Shown here piece by piece: positions 8,938 through 17,621 of a DNA stretch of 64,000 nucleotides. Below the pieces are notes generated by a model, which saw only the letters and a list, made by a program, of their open reading frames with translations, was not told the origin of the DNA and did not search any database. Location of the stretch: NCBI GenBank assembly GCA_021498125.1, contig JAIZWL010000001.1, positions 773,434 through 837,433 of the forward strand. The letters are read 5' to 3'. This DNA comes from Candidatus Thorarchaeota archaeon (GTDB lineage: Archaea > Asgardarchaeota > Thorarchaeia > Thorarchaeales > Thorarchaeaceae). Positions within the stretch are counted from its first letter, which is position 1; every line of letters starts with the position of its first letter. A program made the position numbers and the translations under genes.

Positions 8938-10032
8938 TTACTGATTCTCTTCCTGAAACTCTTTGAGGAACTCGGCCAATAGCTTGACTCCCTCAAGGGT
9001 CATGGCGTTGTAGATGGATGCACGCATTCCTCCAACTGATCTGTGCCCCTTGAGACCAACAAGTCCACGCTTTGCCCCCTCTTCTGTGCACTTGAGCTCG
9101 AGCTCTTCAGTTTCGAGCCGGAATGTGACATTCATCAGAGACCGTGAGTCTTTCCGGGCATGGCCCTTGTAAAAACCATCCGAGTGGTCGATCACATCAT
9201 AGAGCAGTTTGGCCTTCTCACGATTGATCTTCTCAATCGCTGCCACCCCGCCGATCTCCTTCAGATACTCAAGTCCAAGCTTCGCCATGTAGATCGAGAA
9301 GACAGGAGGTGTGTTGAAGAGCGAGTCCTTTGCCGCGTGAGTGCTCCACTTCTGCATGGTCGGTGTGTTCTCTGGGACTCGGTCCAAGAGATCTTCCCGT
9401 ACGATGAGCAGTGTCACACCAGCCGGACCAAGGTTCTTTTGCGCACCTGCGTACATGACTGCGAACTTGTTAAAGTCGATGACCTTGTCCATGATATCCG
9501 AACTCAAGTCAACCACTAAGGGGATGTCATCTGGGACTTTGGGTATGTAATGCCACTCAGTACCGTACAGTGTGTTGTTGGAGGTGATGTGTGCATATGC
9601 AATATCATCACTGAATTCGATATTTTGCGGAACATACGAGAACTTATCATCCTCAGAAGATGCAACAACTCTCACATCCCCGTAGAGCTTGGCCTCTTTG
9701 ATCGCTTTCGTGGACCAGCCTCCTGTATTGACGTATTCCATAGGTTTGCCCGGAACTTGCAGGTTCAACGGGACCTGATAGAACTGTGTCGAAGCGCCAC
9801 CCTGAAGCCAGAGCACTTTGTAGTCATCGGAGAGCCTCATCAATTCTCGGACGAGATCCATTGCCTCATGATGTACCTTGTCATATTCCTTTGATCGGTG
9901 AGAGATCTCAAGAATTGACATTCCTGTTCCCTGAAAGTCCAACAGCTCTGCTTGTGCCTTTTCAAGAGCTGGCAGTGGTAGAGTTGCAGGGCCAGGGTAA
10001 AAATTGTAGACTCGATGGGTCATTTGATTCAC
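8938..10032 (-). CDS. serC: Phosphoserine aminotransferase (3-phosphoserine/phosphohydroxythreonine transaminase)
   Basis: N-terminal 'YNFYPGPATLPLPALEKAQAELLDF', PLP-fold AAT class V architecture, about 360 aa. Confidence 0.9.
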   Translation of the reverse strand: MNQMTHRVYNFYPGPATLPLPALEKAQAELLDFQGTGMSILEISHRSKEYDKVHHEAMDLVRELMRLSDDYKVLWLQGGASTQFYQVPLNLQVPGKPMEYVNTGGWSTKAIKEAKLYGDVRVVASSEDDKFSYVPQNIEFSDDIAYAHITSNNTLYGTEWHYIPKVPDDIPLVVDLSSDIMDKVIDFNKFAVMYAGAQKNLGPAGVTLLIVREDLLDRVPENTPTMQKWSTHAAKDSLFNTPPVFSIYMAKLGLEYLKEIGGVAAIEKINREKAKLLYDVIDHSDGFYKGHARKDSRSLMNVTFRLETEELELKCTEEGAKRGLVGLKGHRSVGGMRASIYNAMTLEGVKLLAEFLKEFQEENQ

Positions 10033-10035
10033 CTA

Positions 10036-11367
10036 TTAAGTTAGTTTGTTGATCGTGAAACCTGTCCATATTTTTGGTTGGAAAAAGGTGCTCTTCTGCG
10101 GCATGACCTCGAAATTCTTGGACACCGCTTCAACCTCTTCCACCCGAGTTGGGTTCATAAAGAAGACGGCCTGTGCGCCATTCTTGACCGACTTTATTGC
10201 CTCGTCAACTGCATCACCTATGCCCTTGATGTATACGACAAAGCCTCCCCCCTTCATGGTCCCCTGCGCAAGTTTCTCTTTGTTGATCCCAAGAATCTTG
10301 TCGAGGATCAGAGTATGGAGGATTGATACATCTAGTTGACGAAGTTCTTTTGACTTATCAGGAAGCATCTCATCCATGATCTTGGCATCCTTGAGGGTCA
10401 ATGCATAGAATTTGCCATCATTCATGTACAGACCAAATGCATGGGCGCCCTCCTTGAATTGCTTGTCCATTAGTGTGAACATGTCCTCGCGCTTGTCGAA
10501 GACCTGAACGTCAAAGTGTGTCTTGATCCCTTCCAGTAATTTCTCTCTTGAGAAGTCATCAAGGTTCTGTACTAGTCTGTGAGTTGGAAGCACTACCAAT
10601 CCGGGATTTGAGATATTGACGAAGGTCATCATTCGGTATTTTGCGCTCTCGAGTTCGGGATGTTCCTTTGAGAGTGCAAGTGCAGTCTTGTAACGGTGAT
10701 GACCATCTGCAATGATGACATATTTGTCCGCCATCAGCTCTGAGATCTTGGCCGTGTCCGATTTGTCATCAATCTTCCAGATCCTGTGTCTGACTCCTTC
10801 GTAGTCGGTCACATCCGCGATGGGCTCGTTCTTCATTGCTTTCTGTAGTATGTTGTCAACATTGCCCTCATGGTCTGGATAGATCACAAAGATCTGACCA
10901 AACTGCGCCATGCATGCGCGACTGAGATTGAGGCGGTCCTGAATGTCCTTTGGAAGGGTCTCTTCATGTTGAAGGACTCCTGCAAATTTCCCAGAACTGG
11001 GAGCCTCTTTGGCAAAATCCTCAAGTCGGATCAGGCCAATGAAACCAAACCTGAAGAGTCTCTGACCGTAGACCTCAAAGTCTTGACCGTACACGTAGAA
11101 GCTCTCATTGTCATCTTGAACGAGGATGTTATCTTTGATCCATTCATTGAGTAGGTCACGTGCTCGCGTGTACTGGTTGTTGGATTCAGTATCGCTATCC
11201 TGAGGTTTGTTCCGTATGATCCAAGCAATATTGTATTCCGACATCGACTGGAGTCTATCGATTTTCTCTCCCTTGATGATGTCGTAAGGCGGGGACACAA
11301 GGTTTGACAGGTCACCTGCCTTTGCAACATTATACCGGTAAGCCTTGAAAGGAATAACGCGCACCAT
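10036..11367 (-). CDS. DUF1015-family protein
   Basis: N-terminal 'VIPFKAYRYNVAKAGDLSNLVSPPYDII' is the hallmark DUF1015 opening. The gene ends 3 nt upstream of serC on the same strand. Confidence 0.75.
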   Translation of the reverse strand: MVRVIPFKAYRYNVAKAGDLSNLVSPPYDIIKGEKIDRLQSMSEYNIAWIIRNKPQDSDTESNNQYTRARDLLNEWIKDNILVQDDNESFYVYGQDFEVYGQRLFRFGFIGLIRLEDFAKEAPSSGKFAGVLQHEETLPKDIQDRLNLSRACMAQFGQIFVIYPDHEGNVDNILQKAMKNEPIADVTDYEGVRHRIWKIDDKSDTAKISELMADKYVIIADGHHRYKTALALSKEHPELESAKYRMMTFVNISNPGLVVLPTHRLVQNLDDFSREKLLEGIKTHFDVQVFDKREDMFTLMDKQFKEGAHAFGLYMNDGKFYALTLKDAKIMDEMLPDKSKELRQLDVSILHTLILDKILGINKEKLAQGTMKGGGFVVYIKGIGDAVDEAIKSVKNGAQAVFFMNPTRVEEVEAVSKNFEVMPQKSTFFQPKIWTGFTINKLT

Positions 11368-11471
11368 CGTGTTTCTTCTTCCTATGCTTTCTGGAGACCT
11401 TCCTGTAGGTCGCTGGTCGGCCGAGCGTGGACGCCTGAATAAGAGTCTTTCTTTTAAGTCAGTATTGATTT

Positions 11472-11825
11472 TTGAAAAAGACCCCGAGCGTCAAACTTAA
11501 ATCCAAACCCCGTACGGGTGGCGAAACCTATAATGCACACCGGGGAATGATCTTGGAGTTCTGTGAGAAATGTGGCGCAATGATGTTGCCCACCAAAAAA
11601 GAAGATGGCAGTAGAGTGCTCAAATGTCGCGAATGCGGGCATGAGAAGCCATTGACCAAGACTGCTGAGGACTATCGTGTCAAGTACCGCATTGACCATT
11701 CTCCTCGGGAAAAGATCGTGGTCATCGAAGATGAGGACCGTTCCACTGAGGAGATGACCGAAGACGAGCGCAGAGAACGCCGGAAGGCCATTCTAGAGTT
11801 CCTACAACTCGAAGATGGTGACTAA
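11472..11825 (+). CDS. Zinc-ribbon protein resembling the N-terminal ribbon of TFS/RpoM (Rpb9 family) but lacking the C-terminal catalytic ribbon
   Basis: 'MILEFCEKCGAMMLP...LKCRECGHE' (CxxC-17-CxxC) followed by an acidic tail. The true start is likely the internal ATG near 11547. Confidence 0.55.
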   Translation: MKKTPSVKLKSKPRTGGETYNAHRGMILEFCEKCGAMMLPTKKEDGSRVLKCRECGHEKPLTKTAEDYRVKYRIDHSPREKIVVIEDEDRSTEEMTEDERRERRKAILEFLQLEDGD

Positions 11826-11931
11826 TAGTTCTCGCAAACAACCTTTATTATGTAGGCAGCCCCCATATATTACACCTATAGTACGGACTTTCGCCACCTA
11901 GTTCTATACGGGAATCGTATGCGCGATCAAT

Positions 11932-12822
11932 TTGACAGGAGGAAACCCTTTGAAGGTCAATCTTGTGTATGATGTCACGAATTTTGTGTTGAAGCAAGGT
12001 AATATCATTGATAAACTGAGAATAGCTGCGGCTGATTACAATGTTCCATCCGAATTGAAGGATGAGATCCTCAAGTATCTGAAGGCCATCATTAATGAAG
12101 ATGGTGGGGTTCCCTTTGAGGTGCAACCCGGCGTACCCAGCTCTGTGAAGACGACCGCCGAAGTACTCACACTGCTTCTGAAGTTGAATTGGGGGACACC
12201 CGAGCTCATCGACATGATGGTTCAATTCATTGTTTCACGGCAAAAGAGTGATGGAGGTTTTGCTGAGACTCTCAATCTCAACTCGTATATTGAAGATCGA
12301 TACGGTGCGACAGAGGGGCGCGAGTGGTATCCCGTGGGCAAGAGCATTACGTGGCTCACAGGAAAGGCACTTGAGGCTCTATGCCTTGCAAAGTATGCAG
12401 ATGACGAACGGTTACGAAGAGCTCGTGATTTTTTGATCTATTCTCAAAATGAAGATGGGCACTGGCCCGACTACAAGGAACTTGATGTGTCCGATCCACT
12501 AGGGACGGGTAACATACTCCCCGCTCTTGTGGCCATGGAGGTCGGACCCGGTAACAAGGTCTACGAAGGTGCGCGGGCTGCGCTCTATCAGCACTTAAAG
12601 CATGCGATCGAAGAAAAGAATCTCTTTGACATGGTGGATCTTATTGCAATTGCGCCTCCAAAGAATAAGCACGAGACCCAAATTTTTAAGGATGCTATTC
12701 CCCTGCTTCTTGAAACTCAGCGGAATGATGGCGGCTGGAGCGGTATCGGAATGAAGAAGAGTGATCCCGAACTCTCAGCCTATTTGGCCATGGTCGTTGC
12801 GATCTGCGGGGAATATGCATGA
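11932..12822 (+). CDS. Prenyltransferase/squalene-oxidase (alpha-alpha toroid) repeat protein
   Basis: Repeated 'DGG(V/F/W)' QW-type motifs: 'EDGGVPFE', 'SDGGFAET', 'EDGHWPD', 'NDGGWSG'. Confidence 0.6.
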   Translation: MTGGNPLKVNLVYDVTNFVLKQGNIIDKLRIAAADYNVPSELKDEILKYLKAIINEDGGVPFEVQPGVPSSVKTTAEVLTLLLKLNWGTPELIDMMVQFIVSRQKSDGGFAETLNLNSYIEDRYGATEGREWYPVGKSITWLTGKALEALCLAKYADDERLRRARDFLIYSQNEDGHWPDYKELDVSDPLGTGNILPALVAMEVGPGNKVYEGARAALYQHLKHAIEEKNLFDMVDLIAIAPPKNKHETQIFKDAIPLLLETQRNDGGWSGIGMKKSDPELSAYLAMVVAICGEYA

Positions 12823-12831
12823 GGTATCAGG

Positions 12832-13344
12832 ATGCCGGATGGTAGTTCCAAGACGCTTACAGTACTTGAGGTCAATGGCCTCTATGCAGCAGCAGTCATG
12901 ACTACTACTGGCATCTTTGCGACCTCACTTCCGCGTCCGTCCCGCTCGGAGGCCGTGCAGGCAGTACGTGGGGAATCACTCCCAGAGACCACAGATCCGG
13001 AAGCGCTCAAAGTACTACGACTTGTCTTTCAGGTCTTTGAGGGACGACCGGTCGATCTCTCTGGTCTGCGATTTGACTTTACTGGACTGAGCGCGAAACA
13101 GCGCAAGGTCTTAGAGACAACAATGCAGATCCCATATGGTACAACGATCACTTATGGTGAACTGGCCCGAAACGCTGGTCTGCAAGGGGCAGCACGATTT
13201 GTTGGGAACGTCATGGCCGCAAATCGATTCGCACCACTCATTCCGTGCCACAGAGTTATATCTGGTACTGGACTTGGTGGTTATGGCCTTGGTCTGCATG
13301 TGAAGACCACACTCCTAAAAAGGGAAGGAGCTTTACAAACGTAA
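12832..13344 (+). CDS. ogt: Methylated-DNA--protein-cysteine S-methyltransferase
   Basis: Active site 'IPCHRVIS' plus 'YGTTITYGELA' HTH. Confidence 0.85.
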   Translation: MPDGSSKTLTVLEVNGLYAAAVMTTTGIFATSLPRPSRSEAVQAVRGESLPETTDPEALKVLRLVFQVFEGRPVDLSGLRFDFTGLSAKQRKVLETTMQIPYGTTITYGELARNAGLQGAARFVGNVMAANRFAPLIPCHRVISGTGLGGYGLGLHVKTTLLKREGALQT

Positions 13345-13385
13345 ACAGCTGGACTTGACATCGTGGGATCCATTCTCCGCAATGT

Positions 13386-13877
13386 GTGTCTACTCGGAGG
13401 CTTGAAAACAGAATGAACTTGAAGGTTCGAAGAAATGGACAGGTAGTCGAACTACGCAAAGTGGAGCTAGAGGAATTATGTTCCCCCCTCTATAGAACCT
13501 TCATTGGTTACAATTCCCTGAAACGCTTGGGTTATTCGATCTCTTTCCTGCGTCCCAAAAAGAGTGCTACGGGGGACTTTGAGCGTATTCGCTATAATTT
13601 TATTGAGCGTGGAGTTGTCACCCGTCGTCTCGAGAGCGAGCTTCAGCCGGACATGAAACGGGGAATTTTGAATCAACTTCCTCGTGGTGATTTTAGCATA
13701 GTTCTTCTGTTAACACAAGTGCCTCGTCGCGGTGTCAATATTCGTCTTGACAAGTATCTCTATGAGTTCTTGGGGTGCATGCTGCTTCGCAATAATGAAA
13801 TCCTTGATGTTGTGATGAATACAACTCCCACACGCGATCTAATACTTCCATCGTATGACGAGTCTCTCTCCAAGTAA
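13386..13877 (+). CDS. Hypothetical protein (163 aa)
   Basis: ORF with no recognisable motifs. A plausible internal start is at 'MNLKV'. Confidence 0.4.
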   Translation: MSTRRLENRMNLKVRRNGQVVELRKVELEELCSPLYRTFIGYNSLKRLGYSISFLRPKKSATGDFERIRYNFIERGVVTRRLESELQPDMKRGILNQLPRGDFSIVLLLTQVPRRGVNIRLDKYLYEFLGCMLLRNNEILDVVMNTTPTRDLILPSYDESLSK

Positions 13878-13915
13878 TGGCAGGATGATGAGGCTGAGGA
13901 ATCAGCCTGAACTAT

Positions 13916-14116
13916 CTAGAGTCTTCGCGTGAACGGTGTGGCTTGCTCTTCGAGTCTACGGAGGTCATCTCGTTTTTTCTTTGTCCTGTAAGCGGCGAGT
14001 CCAGCACGCGCCAACAGGATTACCATTGGCACGACCCACCATAAGATAATCAGTGTTGGATCGTACATGATCATTGTAATGCACACCCACTCTGCACAAG
14101 TTACCAAGTTAAGCAT
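13916..14116 (-). CDS. Possible small single-pass membrane protein (66 aa)
   Basis: 'LIILWWVVPMVILLARAGLAAY' TM helix followed by a basic stretch. Lies in a 330-bp gap, so support is weak. Confidence 0.25.
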   Translation of the reverse strand: MLNLVTCAEWVCITMIMYDPTLIILWWVVPMVILLARAGLAAYRTKKKRDDLRRLEEQATPFTRRL

Positions 14117-14207
14117 GTTGCACTCGGCATTTTCTATTTAAAACTGTGTTTCGCATTTCCCTCATTCTTATCTGGTCGAATGTCATTGAGGATGTTGGCG
14201 CTGCAAA

Positions 14208-15893
14208 ATGAGTAGAAGTGCAAGGCAGATACCAAAAGCAATTGCAGAATTTGGAGAACGACAGTTCAAAGAGACTGGGCCTCAAGCCGTTGAAGTGCTC
14301 CGCGTGAAGGCTTCGACCATCAGAAAGCATTTTCGACGTCTTGCAGGAATCGCCTATCTTGTTGCGGTCATCAGCCGAGATCGAGTCCGTGTCTATTTCT
14401 TTGACATGGCTGCAAATATGCTTCTTGGGGAAAACTTAGACCACTCCGTCTATACGAAGATCCGGAAGGCTTCGCGCCTGATCACAAAATATGAGAAGCC
14501 TCACGAACCTACGCCCGAGGAGCTTCGCATGGAGGCCACAGAAGAAATCCGTTCTCTATTGGCGAAGTCGATTAAACGAGTTGCTCGTTCTGTTGCGCGA
14601 CCGGAGCCGCCCTTTCCTGAACTCTATGTCACAAGAGAAAAGACGAGTGTCGGACAGAACTTTGGCGTTGCGTTTGAGAAAGATGGAACGGTTGTACTCG
14701 AAGAATCAGTGGTCCGGTCTCAATGGATTGATGGTATTGCTCTTCGGCTTGCTTTTCTCCTCTATCTTGATTCGGAACGACGAGATTCTGAAGTCGCCTC
14801 TTGTGTAGCTAATGGAGTTGCACTAAGTCTGCTCCGTGATGAGCCCGCAGATAGATGGTTGGCAGCTTGGTTGAAAAAGAGCAACGGTGGTGATATGACC
14901 AGATATGTGAATCATCTGATTCGTCATGTTCCAACATATTCCGGTCAAGGATTTCAGTGGTTGTTATCCTTACTAGAGCAGGCAACACCACCTCTTGAAT
15001 GGGATCAATTTAGAAACGCCTTGCATGTCATTCACAACGGTCTTGTTGTTCCTCTCGGTACTGGTGAGTATCATGTGATTAAGGGATTCTGTGATTCTCT
15101 CTCCACCCCGCGTAGGCTTGGATCAAAACGCCATGTCCTCACCTCAATTCATCTTGCTCCACGTGCAATCGGTGACCCTCTTCCACTTGGTCGGTCGATC
15201 TCGTTGACTCATAATCCGGTAGATGATCCTTCTGTCATTTGGGCTGGTGTCAAGTATGTTTCGAGTTCGGAGGTTCAGCAGTTGACAGTGGGTGAAGTAG
15301 ATGGCCCCTCACTTCGTGCCATAGAGTATGGTCTTAATCTCGAAGACATCTTTCCCAAGACCGGAGGAATACTCTCTCACGGCAAGGATCTTATCAACAT
15401 GGCTTTACGGATGATGGGGGTCGATGTTTCAGTCACAAACACTTTTTCACGAAGATTGGAATTTCATAAGGCAGTTCTGCCAACTGATCAGAAGGCTGTG
15501 TTGGAACGCTTATGTCAGGGGGGTCTCAAGATACTGTCAGACTCCCTTGTGGGGTCGCTCCAAAGAATCACTTCTCTCCTGACGAGTGGGCATCTTGTTC
15601 TTCTTCCGAATTTCAATCATATGGGGATTGACCATGATTTTCTCGTGTCTGGAAACCCTTCTGCTGTCAAGACCATTGTATCACAGAGTACAGTTGAATA
15701 CACATTATTTCTGACCGATGAGACCTCTTACGGAGTTGTTTCCGCACCATCAACGTGGAGATCACTCTTTCTTAATTCCTGTCATACGGCGGGTCTGAGA
15801 GTTCATCCCATACTGGAAACACAATCCACGAGAGGAGTGTTGCGTGATGAGACCGTCTTCCCCTCTGATTCTGACCATCTTCTGTGGACTTAA
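14208..15893 (+). CDS. Large hypothetical protein (561 aa) with no recognisable domain
   Basis: Long uninterrupted ORF, convergent with the GTPase gene and overlapping it by 4 nt. Confidence 0.5.
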   Translation: MSRSARQIPKAIAEFGERQFKETGPQAVEVLRVKASTIRKHFRRLAGIAYLVAVISRDRVRVYFFDMAANMLLGENLDHSVYTKIRKASRLITKYEKPHEPTPEELRMEATEEIRSLLAKSIKRVARSVARPEPPFPELYVTREKTSVGQNFGVAFEKDGTVVLEESVVRSQWIDGIALRLAFLLYLDSERRDSEVASCVANGVALSLLRDEPADRWLAAWLKKSNGGDMTRYVNHLIRHVPTYSGQGFQWLLSLLEQATPPLEWDQFRNALHVIHNGLVVPLGTGEYHVIKGFCDSLSTPRRLGSKRHVLTSIHLAPRAIGDPLPLGRSISLTHNPVDDPSVIWAGVKYVSSSEVQQLTVGEVDGPSLRAIEYGLNLEDIFPKTGGILSHGKDLINMALRMMGVDVSVTNTFSRRLEFHKAVLPTDQKAVLERLCQGGLKILSDSLVGSLQRITSLLTSGHLVLLPNFNHMGIDHDFLVSGNPSAVKTIVSQSTVEYTLFLTDETSYGVVSAPSTWRSLFLNSCHTAGLRVHPILETQSTRGVLRDETVFPSDSDHLLWT

Positions 15894-17554
15894 TTGATGA
15901 TCTCGATGATAGTTCCAATGGCTCGTGTGTTTGCCTCTCGCAGGACAATTCTATCATCGACGGCAATAGCCTCCGGATGCATCATGAACTTCAGGCGTAC
16001 ACGCGCAAAATCTCCGACACATAGGTAGTCGGCGTCATAGATCTTCTGAAGAACTACTGGATGTTGAATAGTATGGCACTGAAGCACAGGCGTATAGCCC
16101 ACTGCGATTCTGGTTGGATGCCGCGTCACTACGATATTTGCTTCAAATGTGCGACAGACCGTGATGCATTCCTCTTCATCGGCTATGGCCTGCCCCCTTC
16201 TGATCATGTGCTTGTCAACGTCCTTAATGTCAAACCCGAAGAGGTCTCCGACCTTGACCCCGGTCACTCTCTTCTTGAACACTTCAATACTAAAGATCCG
16301 ACCATGATGTATGTCCCCCTTTACATCAGGACCAATGGCTATGCTCTGACCAGTCTTGAAGACTCCCTGTTTGACGGTTCCTGTGATCACTACATTTGTT
16401 CCGCGGATGCCTTTGTAGACCTTATCCACATATGCCAACGCTGGTTTTGTGATAGCGTCCTCTGATGGACCTGCGGGTAGTTGTCTAAGTAGTTCGGAGA
16501 GCAGCATTACCGAGTCCGTGTCAGTTGCTGAGACATAGAGCACCGGCACAATCGTTCCATTGGTGATCTCCCTGACTATTGGTCCGATGTCTTCGGTACT
16601 CGTGATAGTGACAGGTATCTTGCCAATTTCTTTCAGTGTGAGTCGAACAATCTCCGTGACAAGATTCAGATCTTTCTCCTGCGCCCTGTCGATCTTCGAG
16701 GCGACAAGAATGAATGGTATGTTCTTGCTGGCCATCAAGATGAGATGTTCTCGAGTGATATCGTCCAGTCTTCTGATCCCCGTCTTTTCCTCCTCTTGAC
16801 GGATCAGATACGCCTCCTCGGGGATCGGCACTAACACTAATCCGTATTGAGCATCCGCACCAAGAATGCTTCTTATCATGGTCTTGCTGTATTCCTTATG
16901 TCCGGGTGCGTCAACAAATGTCAGGATCTTTGAAGATTGATCGAGGACACGAGCGGCCTCCTCCTTGTTCAGCGGGTTCTGGAGATGTAGTGCACGGCCA
17001 TCTTCGGCAAAGCCCATGAACGCCATGTGAATGTCCGCTGTCTGTCCTCTCGTAAGTTCTTGAGGATGCGTCAGGAGAAACGATCTCGCGCTTCCTGAAC
17101 CATTATCCGGCATTCCGGTGACAAGCACCCCGATCAGGGTTGACTTTCCCGAGTTCACTCGACCCGCCACATTGATGGAGCAGGTCTCTTTAATCTCTGG
17201 TGCAGCAAGTCGTTTGAGAAGGTATACTCCGACAAAGCCCTTTGGGGTCTCAACTCGTTCCGCCTCGATGATGTCCACTTCTGCCTCTTTGGTTATTTTA
17301 GATAATATCTCTTCAGCCTCTTCGATCTGTTTTTCCGATATCCCATATACCTTCCATTCTGTACCATTGATATCTTCGATTCCCACTAGAAAACGGCCTT
17401 CGAAGGGTGGCTCACAGGTCATGTATCGAATTCTCGCAACCAACCTCTGACGCCGTTCTGCTCTAAGATCCGTTTTCGTCAATGTTCTCTTGAATTCCGC
17501 ATTTCTGGTTTCGCCATTTCTTAGAATGGACTGTATCTCATCGAGGGCAGTCAT
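15890..17554 (-). CDS. GTPBP1-family translational-type GTPase (EF-Tu-like G domain plus beta-barrel domains)
   Basis: G1 'AGRVNSGKSTLIGVLVTGMPDNGSGSARS' (compare GTPBP1 'GNVDAGKSTLLGVL..G.LDNGRG'), G3 'DAPGH', G4 'ASKID', and C-terminal EF-Tu domain II/III-like barrels. Confidence 0.8.
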   Translation of the reverse strand: MTALDEIQSILRNGETRNAEFKRTLTKTDLRAERRQRLVARIRYMTCEPPFEGRFLVGIEDINGTEWKVYGISEKQIEEAEEILSKITKEAEVDIIEAERVETPKGFVGVYLLKRLAAPEIKETCSINVAGRVNSGKSTLIGVLVTGMPDNGSGSARSFLLTHPQELTRGQTADIHMAFMGFAEDGRALHLQNPLNKEEAARVLDQSSKILTFVDAPGHKEYSKTMIRSILGADAQYGLVLVPIPEEAYLIRQEEEKTGIRRLDDITREHLILMASKNIPFILVASKIDRAQEKDLNLVTEIVRLTLKEIGKIPVTITSTEDIGPIVREITNGTIVPVLYVSATDTDSVMLLSELLRQLPAGPSEDAITKPALAYVDKVYKGIRGTNVVITGTVKQGVFKTGQSIAIGPDVKGDIHHGRIFSIEVFKKRVTGVKVGDLFGFDIKDVDKHMIRRGQAIADEEECITVCRTFEANIVVTRHPTRIAVGYTPVLQCHTIQHPVVLQKIYDADYLCVGDFARVRLKFMMHPEAIAVDDRIVLREANTRAIGTIIEIIN

Positions 17555-17621
17555 TGTGTTTTACCTGACTTGTCTAACTGTCCTTGACTCTTTATGGACC
17601 AATATAAGCTCAGCTACCTTT

